Source: the human T2T-CHM13v2.0 reference genome, Homo sapiens. Taken from it: DNA of 64,000 nt. This document shows positions 45,830-59,915 of the stretch, in pieces. Below the pieces are notes generated by a model. It was not told where the DNA came from and made no database searches. It was given only the letters and a program-made list of their open reading frames with translations. Both the position numbers and the translations under genes were made by a program. The DNA is taken from NCBI RefSeq assembly GCF_009914755.1, contig NC_060928.1. One strand, 5' to 3'. The first letter of the stretch is position 1. The number at the start of each line of letters is the position of its first letter.

Positions 45830-46239
45830 AAACTCCTCATGCTTTTGACAGAGAGAGTAGAAAAATAACTACTTTGAAATATGCCCGGAGCATTCTGCTC
45901 TTTTTAACAAGGCGTGCCCTCAAAAGGACGTATTTTACCACAGCTAGCCCCATCTGGCCTTTGACATGGAGTGAAAAAAAATACACAACTTCAGACTGCT
46001 CTGGCCATCCTGTCCCACCTAAGTGGAAAGAAGAGAGAGACTCCAAAGCATTTGCGAAGGTCACAGCACAGGAACACAAGCTCATTAAAAGACTGGAACC
46101 TAATCATCGGACTACAGGACACTTTCCCTCCCACTCCACCTTCCCGCCACATCACTAATGACCTATCTACCACAGTTCCTTCTACCTGCATGTTCAGCTT
46201 TCAACAAAAGTTACAATGCACATTAAAAAGTAGAAAACA

Positions 46240-46591
<352 letters not shown>

Positions 46592-47486
46592 TCAGATATG
46601 GCAGGGATGTTGGAAAGTTAGAGATTGTCAGACTGGATAAAAAACAAATCTTAAATCCATGCTGTGTGCAATAAACTAATTTTAAATAGAATGATACATA
46701 TAGGTTAAAAATAAAAAGAAAGAAATATCATGCAAACACTAATCAAAAAAGGTGGAGTGGCTATAGTAGCATCAGAGTAAACTTAAAGACAAGAAATACT
46801 ACTAGAGGTAAAGAGGAATATTCCATAATAAAGAAGTCAATTCATCAAGAAACTATAACAATCCTAAATGTGCATGCATCTAATAACAAAACTTCAAAAT
46901 CATAAAACAAAAACAATTGAAAGGAAAAATAGACAAAAATCCATATTTACATTGGATAGTTTAACACTGTTCTCTCCACAACTGGTAGAACTAGTGAACT
47001 ATATTCACTAAGAATATAGAAAATGTGAACATTATCAATCAACACATCTTGACTGATATTTGTACAAAATAACACCTAACAACAGCATACTGCACACTAT
47101 TCACATGTGCTGTGGAATATTCACAAAGACAGATCATTTGCTGATCCATGAAATAAGTCTTGAGAAATTTAAAAGAATTGAAATCACTTCAGAATAGGTT
47201 CTCTCACCACAAATGAATTAAACTAGAAATCAATAATGAAAAAAATATCTGGGAAGCCCCAAACTATTTGGAAATTAAGCAATATGGTTACAAATAACCA
47301 AGCACCAAAGAAGAAATTACCAGAGAAGTCAGAAAATACTTTAACCAATGTAGCAGTGAAAACTTAACATACTGAAATATATGGATGTCAGTTAAGCAAT
47401 GCAATGCTGAGAGGGAAGCTTGATCTCCATATGGTTATATTAAGCACCGTGAAAACAAATAACTATAATATACTAAAACAGTATTT

Positions 47487-47799
47487 ATTGTTTTTGTTTG
47501 TTTGTTTGTTTTTTTGGCGACAGAGTCTCATTCTGTCGCCCAGGCCGGAATGCACATGGCAGCAATCTCGGCTCACTGCAACCTCCGCCTCCCAAGTTCA
47601 AGCAATTCTCCTGCCTCAGCCTCCCGAGTAGCTGGGATTACAAGCACCCACCACCATACCTGGCTAATTTTTGTATTTTTAGTAGAGATGGGGTTTTGCC
47701 ATGTTGGCCAGTCTGGTCTCAAACTCCTGACCTCAGATGATTCACCCACCTCGGCCTCCAAAGTGCTGGGATTCCAGGCATGAACCACAGCACCCAGCC
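47487..47799 (-). mobile_element. AluSx-like
   Basis: Full dimer; TSD taaaacagtattt. Confidence 0.92.
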
Positions 47800-49103
47800 T
47801 AAAACAGTATTTTTTGTTAATGAGGGACCATTTAAACCTTCTCTACTTGGAAGGGGCAGGGAATGAAGGACAGGTATGAGGCTCAACACAGTAAAACCTA
47901 GGGACGGGGGCGACATTTAGGCTGGACATTGAAAAATGAAGCCAGATGAGGAATTTCTGTGAGGCAGGAGCATGAGGAAAGGCAGGGCATGCTGTCCCTG
48001 AGATGCTGTGGATAGAAGAGGTGTCATTCCAGTGTGGCCGGAGGGTAAGATTTCTGGAGGAAAGTGAGCGGGGCCGAGAACATCAAGCTGAGCGCGCAAC
48101 AGATTGTGAAGGGCCTCGTATGCTCTACATGTACATAGAAGTAAATGTGTGAGTCAGAATTCCTTCTGTGGACATACTCAACAATATTCTCTTTTTGCTT
48201 CTCTAAAGGAAAAATAACTGACTAATGCAACAGTCAGCTCAATATGAATCATAACTATTGAAAAAGAGAAAGAAGTTTGATGAATACCAAAATTAACAGA
48301 GGCTTTTCCATATGTATCCTTTGGGTAGCTTCCCAGAAGGAAGAATCAACACAGCTACTTGGCAGGTCTACCTAAGCTAGCCCCAGTCACACTTCTTCAC
48401 AAACTCCAGCTGGCATGCAAAGTGTGAGAAAACAGCCCAGCTAAAACACAGTACTGAAAAGTCTTGAATTTACAAACAAAAGATTGCTATTAAATAAAGA
48501 AAATAGAAAACAAAACACAGCACTGTGTTGTGACTGTGAGGAATACTTTTGCACCAGAAGATATAAAATGTGATTAAACAGGCGTTGATTGATTTGGGTT
48601 CGGTGGGTCAAGGCCTCTCCCTGGATTTGAACATTTCAGAGTCCAGACTACTGACTGGCTGTAATATCAAAACACTGTATAAAATGCTTCGATTTGTAAC
48701 AGAATTTAACACTGTCAGAAGTCATAAGGCAGTTTTGTTTTTCCTAATTCACAATTAAGTTATAATAGCAGCAAGCTGACTTTACTCAGTCACAGAGCCA
48801 GAGGATTTGATGAGGTGTACAATTTTCCCTCAAGGATAAAAATGTAATTATGAAAAAGTCCTGAACTGAAAAACAGTATTGTCAGCTATTTCCAAGAAAG
48901 ATAAAAGATCATTTAAAGGTAAAGAGATTACAGATAAAAGGAATACAAAATTAAGTTGAAACCACCAGGGTAGAGAGAACAAGTTCTAAACAAGAACCAA
49001 ACATTAAAACATTTTATTATAACAAGAAAATATGGCTTTCGTTTTTCTAAAAGGACAATAAGTTTTTAAATTCATGTCTGATTAGTTCATCCAGATGTTT
49101 AAA

Positions 49104-49601
49104 GATAAATAGATATCAATTGATGATTATACTTTCCATGTTGCTGATAAATAGATATCAATTGATGATTATACTTTCCATGTTGCTGATAAATAGATAT
49201 CAATTGATGATTATACTTTCCATGTTGCTGATAAATAGATATCAATTGATGATGATACTTTTCATGTTGCTGATAAATAGATATCAGTTGATGATACTTT
49301 CCATGTTGCTGATAAATAGATATCAATTGATGATGATACTTTCCATGTTGCTGATAAATAGATATCAATTGATGATGATACTTTCCATGTTGCTGATAAA
49401 TAGATATCAATTGATGATACTTTCCATGTTGCTGATAAATAGATATCAATTGATGATGATACTTTCCATGTTGCTGATAAATAGATATCAATTGATGATG
49501 ATACTTTCCATGTTGCTGATAAATAGATATCAATTGATGATGATACTTTCCATGTTGCTGATAAATAGATATCAATTGATGATTATACTTTTCATGTTGC
49601 T
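49104..49601. repeat. 42/39-bp minisatellite, 12 copies
   Basis: Unit gataaatagatatcaattgatgat(t/g)atactttccatgttgct; 10x42 + 2x39 = 498 bp. Confidence 0.97.
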
Positions 49602-50816
49602 GAAGAAGCGAACCCTGAATGTGCCTCAGTCTGTCAAACTGACAGTCAGAGGGAGGCCCTAGTCAGAGGGAGGCCCTATTCTACACTCAGTAACCAGGGG
49701 ACTCCTTTTCATAAGTTCATGTAAACTGCAAGGGGTACTTAATAGTTTTGTTTTCATTTCTTACCCCAAAACCTATCTCCCACTAAGCCCTCTCTATAAA
49801 ATGAAAAAATTAATATCTGTTTCAACAGGATTGCTGGGAAGATCAAGGAAGAGAAAATGAATAATATATGTAAGAGAACTTTGCACACTACATAGCCCTA
49901 CACAGAACGCATTATTACCAAGTATTTTACATTTATAAAGTGCTTTTCAAAGCACTCTCCACTTAAAATTCAATTCACAATCACCAGCTAAGGCTGAAGA
50001 TTCAGACACAAAATCCCCGCCTGCATGAAGCTCATGTTCTGGACTCTAGAGGAATCAGGTAATCCTGTCTATACCTGTGGAAAATGCTGTGAAAACATAG
50101 GATGTTGCTACAAAGAAGTTGGCGTCCAAATTAGAGAAATGAGTGCATCGCTCCTGTTCTCAGGACTCTGGATTTCTGCAACCTTCTTAAAATCTTTAAT
50201 GAATATTTGAAATTATCTCATTGCACCTGTTATCAATCCTCTGATAGGAACCAAGAGAGATATATGTTATTTCTGAGAAAAGTGAGGCTTCGAAAAGATA
50301 AACAACCTCATTGTGATTCAATGACTTGACGTTCAGCTCACAGTCTAGAAAATGGCTAAGTGGCAAAACTGGTCTTCAGACTCAAGAAATGTTCAGTATT
50401 ATACAATAGAGTGCATTTGGTGTTTGCAGTCATGGAAATGGAATGTGGGGTCTTATTGGAAATAAGCTACTCCATACCAGACACGTATTTTAAAAGAAGA
50501 AATCATGATTCTTAGAAAATCGGGTGTCATGACTATACATTTAAAATTCTGTCAAAATCAGTAAAACAAAGTAAACAGCCAATGTGTATGCAAATGCTTT
50601 ACATGAATAGACTATCTAGTCTCAAATCCAATAGCTGTTCCGGGAGGAAAAAATCTCAATTTGTTTGCCGTGAGAATGTCAAACTGATATTTCTGTAACA
50701 GTTAGCATGGCCACAGTGCTCCACAGAGAGTGCAAAGATCCTGCATACTGGGTGGCCAATATGGGTTTAAAAAAGAAGGAATTTTTATTGCCCTCTCCCC
50801 AACAATACTGTGCGTG

Positions 50817-50829
50817 CACACACACACAG

Positions 50830-50858
<29 letters not shown>
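50817..50858. repeat. (CA)n microsatellite
   Basis: Read directly. Confidence 0.95.
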
Positions 50859-50860
<2 letters not shown>

Positions 50861-51234
50861 GCAGCAGCAACAACAGGTGCAGGGAAAGGTTCCAGCAACC
50901 CTTTCTCTGCTCCTCAGGGAGGATATTCTGGAGCCTTTTCAAAGGCTCTTCCAGAGCTGATTGAGAAGGTTTTCTTCGTCAATAAACAGAGGTCAAGGAA
51001 TGCCTCTTTGCCATGGAGTCTGGTCAAAGTTAAGTGTCCCACTTGTGGACAGGAACGGAGGTAGGAGCTGGATGCCTGTCGAAAACAAACTAAATTCCAG
51101 AAAATAATCTTAGTGTTCAACAAGAAAGAAATGTTTTCAATAAATTTGTGTTCATTTACAAGACTGGAAAACTGTTTAAAGTAGACTACAAGATTGGTGA
51201 TAATTACTTAAATAAGCATTTATGGAAAATTGTT

Positions 51235-51575
51235 GTTTTATATATTTTTATAAATTTTATATTTATATAATATGAAAATTCATATTATATATTTAAATAT
51301 TGTCATATATTTAAAATTCATATATATTTTAAAATTAAATATTAAAAATTAAATTATATATTTACATTTAAATATTAAACCTATTAAAATTGGCATTGAA
51401 TTTCTTATATATGTCATGTATATTATATATTTAAAATTATATATTATATATTATATATTTATAAAAATATATTTTTTATTTTTTATAAATTTTATATTTT
51501 TATAATTTGAAAATTCATGTTATATATTTACATATTAAATATATTAAAATTGGCATTGAATTTATTATATATGTC
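51235..51575. repeat. AT-rich low-complexity tract with an internal imperfect duplication
   Basis: ttttataaattttatattt and tattaaaattggcattgaattt each occur twice. Confidence 0.8.
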
Positions 51576-51621
51576 AGGAAAACAATGACAAAGAAATACA
51601 GCAACGTTAGCAATCAGTTTT

Positions 51622-51992
51622 TTTTCTCATACTTTTTTTTAACTTTTATTGTGGGTTTGGGGGTGCGTGTGCAGTTTCGTGATAAAGGTAAACTGGTATC
51701 ACGGGGGTTTGTTGTACACATTATTTAGTCATCCAGGTACTAAGCCTGATACCCAAATAGTTATTTTTTCTGCTCCTCTCCCTCCTCCCAACCTCCACCC
51801 TCAAGGAGGCCCCAGTGTGTGTGTTGTTCCCTTCTTTGTGTCCATGAGTTCTCATCATTTAGTTCCCACTTATAAGTGAAAACACGCAGCATTTGGTTTT
51901 CTGTTCCTGCATTAGTTTGCTAAGTAATGGCTTCCAGCTCCATCCATGTTCCTGCAAAAATGGACATGATCTCATTCTTTTTAATGACTGCA
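51622..51992 (-). mobile_element. 5'-truncated L1PA (about PA13-PA15) 3' end
   Basis: L1 3'UTR; TSD agcaatcagtttt at 51609 and 51993. Confidence 0.85.
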
Positions 51993-53239
51993 AGCAATCA
52001 GTTTTAAGCATGGTCCAGTATTAACCACAATGAATATTTCTTCCATATTAATAATAAAAAATGTAAAATAAAAAATAATTTCCCTATTAAAGATAAAAAA
52101 TTGGAAATAGGTATTAACCTTCCTCTCAAGTCTCAATAAAAATAACAATAAAAATAACAAAAAGTGTTCTGTTTTGTTTTATTTTAAGTTGTAAACCCAT
52201 AAGAGCAGAAATATCAACAGAGGAAACAATAACAACAAAATAATGGGGGTGGAAAGCAAACAAATGAGCAATCATGGACTAAGAGACCAGTTCAAGCATA
52301 AATCAAGGCTGGCGATGGGAAAGCAGAGAAGCAACATGGTTTACAGCAGAAAACCCACAGAGCCTCAGAAACGAGCAGCAACAGAAAAACAGGCTGTTAA
52401 GGAAGCAGGTCAACAGCTCCCCTACCGTGGTCCTCATTTCCACACCATCCTGCATGCCATGGAACGATCCGTCCTCCACCCTGGAGAAGCTTAGAGCTTA
52501 TTCTGTGGAATGGGAGAAACGGAGAGTCCCTGTAATGGAGATACCAAGAAGGAGAGGCGGGTCATATACTGGAAACAAGAGAAGCAAAGTTGATGTAAGG
52601 AATATTGAGACTACAACTGGATCTTTCCTTCTGTGGCTCCTAAAATGCAGGTGGCAGAGTTGTACCTTCCATGCAGGAAATAAGAGGGTTTTTCTAGGGA
52701 ATTGAGAGGATCTCCAGATAGCTGGGCCTATTTAAATGAGAGTGAAGCCCAAGCTGATGTGAAGCTTGCACCTAGAATTTCCAATCAATCTTCTAGGGCC
52801 TCACTCTTAAATATAAGCAGACAGCTAAGGATCACCATCCTTTGATAGGATTAAGAATGAGCAAACACTGGAAACATACTGAAATACAGCCGGCTGTCTA
52901 AAACAGAAGATATAGAATATAATGAAAGACCAAAATGGATATGTGTAGAGATTACACAGGGAAGATAGTGGAATTGACAACTCTGGCAGCAACGCTGCTA
53001 AGGACAGGATGAATATGAAAATTGCTTGAAGTTCAACAATAAGGAGAAAGGAGGTTGCCAAAAAGACCAGGAGAGGCAAGAACAAGGCCTGTCATAAGGT
53101 TATAGTGCATGAATGGCCTATCGGTTAAGAATTAATTCAGCAGAACATAATTGAAAATACATTTTAAAGGAGCATGAATAATATTTGTATTTTCTCTATA
53201 ACAAGGCAGGTTAGTTCAAATGCATCATGACGTCTTCAG

Positions 53240-53910
<671 letters not shown>

Positions 53911-54390
53911 GCATCAGGCTTCTCCTGCGCCTTTTCGTCTCATGACTTTTCACCTCATTGTTGAACAGTGTCTGCTTTACCTTCAAGTTCTGGGTAGGAA
54001 GAAGAGCAAAGAGAAAAAGGCAAGAAGTAGTTGCCAGTGTCCATATCTCTTTTAAGAGCTCTCCTAGAAGCCCTACCTAGTGACTTCTGATTATATAATA
54101 GCTTCAAGGAGTATGTGGGATTTGGTGGTTGTTTTAAGCTGGACTCATTACCACTGTGAAAAAAAATCACATTGTATATTTAAGAAAGAAAGAGCAAATG
54201 TATATTACATAGAGAACCAGCAGCATACATCGCTGATTATTTTTGAAAATTAAAATGTTTTAGTAATGGGCTTGAAATTCAATTCCAGTCATCAATAAAT
54301 TAAATGTATACAATGAAGAAGACTTGTAATTTAACAATCATTCTGGGTTGCTTAGTGGGTGTGCAATAATGACCTTTGAAGAGGGGAACA

Positions 54391-54694
54391 GGCCGGGCAC
54401 GGTGGCTCATGCCTGTAATCCCAGAACTTTCGGAGGCCAAGGCAGGCAGACCATTTGAGATCAGGAGTTCAATACCAGCTTGGCTAACATGGTGAAACTC
54501 CATGTCTACTAAAAATACAAAAAATTAGCCGGGCATGGTAGTGCACGACTGTAGTTCCAGCTAATCCTGCTGAGGCAGGATAATTGCTTGAACCCAGGAG
54601 GTGGAGGTTGCCGTGAGCTGCAATTGCATCACTGTGCTCCAGGCTGGGCAACAGAGTGAGTGAGACTCCATCTCAAATTTTTTTTTTTAAAAAA
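54391..54694 (+). mobile_element. AluS
   Basis: Full dimer; flanks gaagaggggaaca / gaagggaaca. Confidence 0.88.
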
Positions 54695-54871
54695 GAAGGG
54701 AACAAACAAAGGAAATTTCTGGGAGAGAGAAAAATGGAAAATGAGTAGCTGTCTCCCTTCTTTCAGGTAACTGCTTTCAGGTCCTCCAGAATTTTTATTA
54801 ATATAAAACAACATTTGCATTATCCTATCAATATTGTAGTTTGTGACAGTAAGTCAAAATATACTTTTCAC

Positions 54872-55717
54872 TGGGCAAAGGACATGAACAGACACTTTTC
54901 AAAAGAAGACATTTATGTGTCCAACAAACGTGAAAAAAAGCTCAACCTCACTGGTCATTAGAGAAATGCAAATCAAAACTACAATGAGATACCATCTCAT
55001 GCGAGTCAAAGTGATGATTATTAAAAAGTCACGAAGTAACAGATGCTGGCAAGGCTGTGGAGAAATAGGAACACTTTTACACTGTTGGTGGGAGTGAGTG
55101 TAAATTTGTTCAACCATTGTGGAAGACAGTGTGGTGATTCCTCAAAGACCTGGAACCAGAAATACCATTTGACCCAGCAATTCCATTACGGGCTGTATAC
55201 CCAAAGTAATATAAATCATTCTATTATAAAGATACACGCATGCTTATGTTCATTGCAGCACTATTCACAATAGCATATATATGGAATCAACCCAAGTGCC
55301 CATCAGTGATAGACTGGATAAAGAAAATGTGGTACATATACACCATGGAATTCTATGCAGGCATAAAAAGGAACGAGATTATGTACTTTGCAGGAAGAAC
55401 ATGGGTGAAACTGGAAGCCATTATCCTCAGCAAACTAACACAGGAACAGAAAACCAAAGACTGCATTTTCACACTTATAAGTGGGAGCTGAACAATGAGA
55501 ACATATGGACACAGGGAGTGGAGCAACACACACTGGGGCCTGTTGGGGGCACAAGGGGAGGGAGAGCATTAGGATAAATAGCGAATGAATCCGGGGCTTA
55601 ATACATAGGTGTTGAGTTGATAGGTGCAGCAAACCACCATGGCACACGTTTACCTGTGTAACAAACCTGCACATCCTGCACATATATCCCGGAATTTAAA
55701 ATAAAATAAAATAAAAA
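54872..55717 (+). mobile_element. L1PA (about PA10-PA13) 3' end
   Basis: ORF2 C-terminal motifs (HCW, WNQPKCP) and 3'UTR with (TAAAA)n tail. Confidence 0.87.
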
Positions 55718-56695
55718 TTTAGGTATATATATATATATATATATGTATACACACACACACACACTTTTTACTTGGTGTATCTAGGAAATATACAAAAGCT
55801 TAACAATAAACTACCCAAGAATCAATAAAAACTAAAAGTTAAATATAAAAAATGCCTTTCCATTGCATAAAAATGTAATTTCACCAGCCCAATGTATGTA
55901 TCACTTGAAAAAATGTCGTTGCAAAATGCAATCTCTTTTGTGCTTTATACTGTTGATTTTAAAATTTAAAGTCAGGAGAGCAAAGCACATATAAATTGGT
56001 TCCTTCTTTTATTTCTCAAGAAGTCACTCTTTCTTTTTCATTACCATCTGCTCTGACTGCTATTACAATTTTTATCCCAAAAGGTGATGCTGACAGTGTA
56101 AAGGTGGTATAATTAACAAAATTCTTCTCTCATGACATTTCTCACAGAAAACTGGAAGCAAGAAAATATAATTGCACCAGCAGATATGTTTCAAAACCAA
56201 GTAAAGAGCTTATGAAAAATAAGAACTCTTAAATGCAAGCACTACAGATTGCCTAGATCAAGACAATATCCATGAATTGAATAGGTTTTCCAGATAATAA
56301 ATTGATAGAATGCAGCACATATCTCCATTTCTTAAGAGAGAAAAATTTTGTGTCAACATGTAGATGCACAGCATGGTCTGACATTGGGACTGAATTATTC
56401 TCAGTTAATCAATAGCACGCATGTGAAGTAGCCATTCACAGACTCGGCTGCTCACTGGCATGACCTGGACGACATTTCCCTTTACAGATTCCTTGACCCA
56501 CTCCCAAGGGTTTGGATTCAATAGGGTTTGGGTTGCTCTGGGACCTGTAGTTCTTTAAAGCCCTCTTGATGACTGATTAACACCAAGGAGAAGATTGACA
56601 AAAATCTGTAATAGCGGAAGCATTTACTACAAGTAAAACTCCGTGTTTAAACTTGGGGGAAAGGAGTTTATCCTTACGTAGCTTATTATCTAGCA

Positions 56696-57231
<536 letters not shown>

Positions 57232-57544
57232 ATCCCAATAGGGGGAATAAGAAAATACATTAAACTATATAATGAATGGTGTAGAGATTTAAAAGTTATT
57301 GCAAAGATATAGATAGATGCTATCACAATTCGGAGCAGGGTGAGTTAGGGCCAGCAGAGAAAGGATCTTAGGCTCTGGAATGAAGTCTATGCCTCTTCCT
57401 ACAGCCTTACTACTTAAGTGTTCAACACTAGCGGAACACTTGCAGTTTCGAGCATTTGTGCATATGGTAATTAAGCTAAATAAAGTTCCTGTTCTCCTTG
57501 AAGGTCACATTCTAGTTGGAAGAATCAGGCAGAACATCCAAAGT

Positions 57545-58500
<956 letters not shown>

Positions 58501-58589
58501 TAGAGCAATGACAAGTGCTATGAAGAAAAGTAAAGCTGGGTAAGGGACTTAGAGAGTGGCAGGTCAGTGTCATAGATATTATTTATAGC

Positions 58590-58925
58590 AGAGATCCACA
58601 AGCTTTTTCTGTAAAGGGCCAGATAGTAAATATTCTAGGCTTTATGAGCCTACAATCTGTTTCACAATCATTCAACTCTGCGGTTGTACTGCAAAAGCAG
58701 AAATAGACAATAAGTAAATGAGTGAATGTGACTATGTTCCAGTGAAAGTTTATTTGTGGACACTGAAAATTGAATTTCCTAATTTTCATGTGTTGCAAAC
58801 TACTATTTTTGCTTTCGATTTTTTCCCCAGTCACTTGAAATTATAAAAAATATCCTTAGCTCACAGGCCATAAAAAAACAGGCATTGGGTGAATTTGACC
58901 TGTGGGCCATAGTCTGCAACCTCTG
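58590..58925. mobile_element. MER58B-like hAT DNA transposon
   Basis: tttttctgtaaagggccagatagtaaatatt...gggccatagtctgcaacctctg, about 340 bp. Confidence 0.8.
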
Positions 58926-59617
58926 AGGTAGAGGCTAGTGGGAGAAAGCCTGCCCAAGGAGGTAACTTTGCACAGTCCTAAGCAAATTGAGATAGCAAGT
59001 AATGTATTGATCCAGGGAAGGCGTTTTCTCTGGGGAGGGGAGAGGAAGTAGGAAGGCCATACGGTGGAAGCTTGCTGAGTGTGTTCAAGGAACAGCTTCT
59101 GTGGCTAGAGAAAAATGAGTAAATGGCGACACTGGCAGCAACAAGCCATGGCCCGAGAGGCTCAGAGAGAGATGCTCTAAAACGGAGAGCTGGTGGCGAT
59201 GAGGAAGGTGAAACAGAGGGAAGAAATCCTGGAGCAAGGATGCAAGCCAGAAGTCTGAATCTCTCAGAGAAGACCGGAGACAGAACTAGCATGTGGAATG
59301 GGGTGGAGAGGAGGAGGAGGCAGGGAGGCAGTCAAGTGTCTTTCCGTGCCCAAGCTGCACACCACGCACACCACCACCACCGCACAGACACACCTCAGAG
59401 TTATTTAGTTCAAGCATTGTAAGACTGGATAAAGGTGTATTTCTTTCTGTCTCTTTTTTTCTTTACTTTCTTTCCTCCCTTTTTTGTTTTTTTCCCAGAG
59501 AATTCACATCAAACAGCATTATTTATAATGATGATGTCCTTCTAGGTAAACTCAGATTTTCCAGGTGAAAGAGAATGGCAACCAACAGTGGCAGCGATTT
59601 TTTAAATGCGACATGTT

Positions 59618-59915
<298 letters not shown>

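Noticed and set aside
49099-49662. 158-aa and 180-aa repetitive ORFs, and a CRISPR-like look from palindromic repeats
   Set aside because: Units are contiguous with no unique spacers and no cas genes. The ORFs follow from stop-free units whose lengths are multiples of 3.
52150-52850. Short ORFs in a GC-richer block
   Set aside because: It looks like decayed ancient L1 5' sequence; too degenerate to call and no coding signature.
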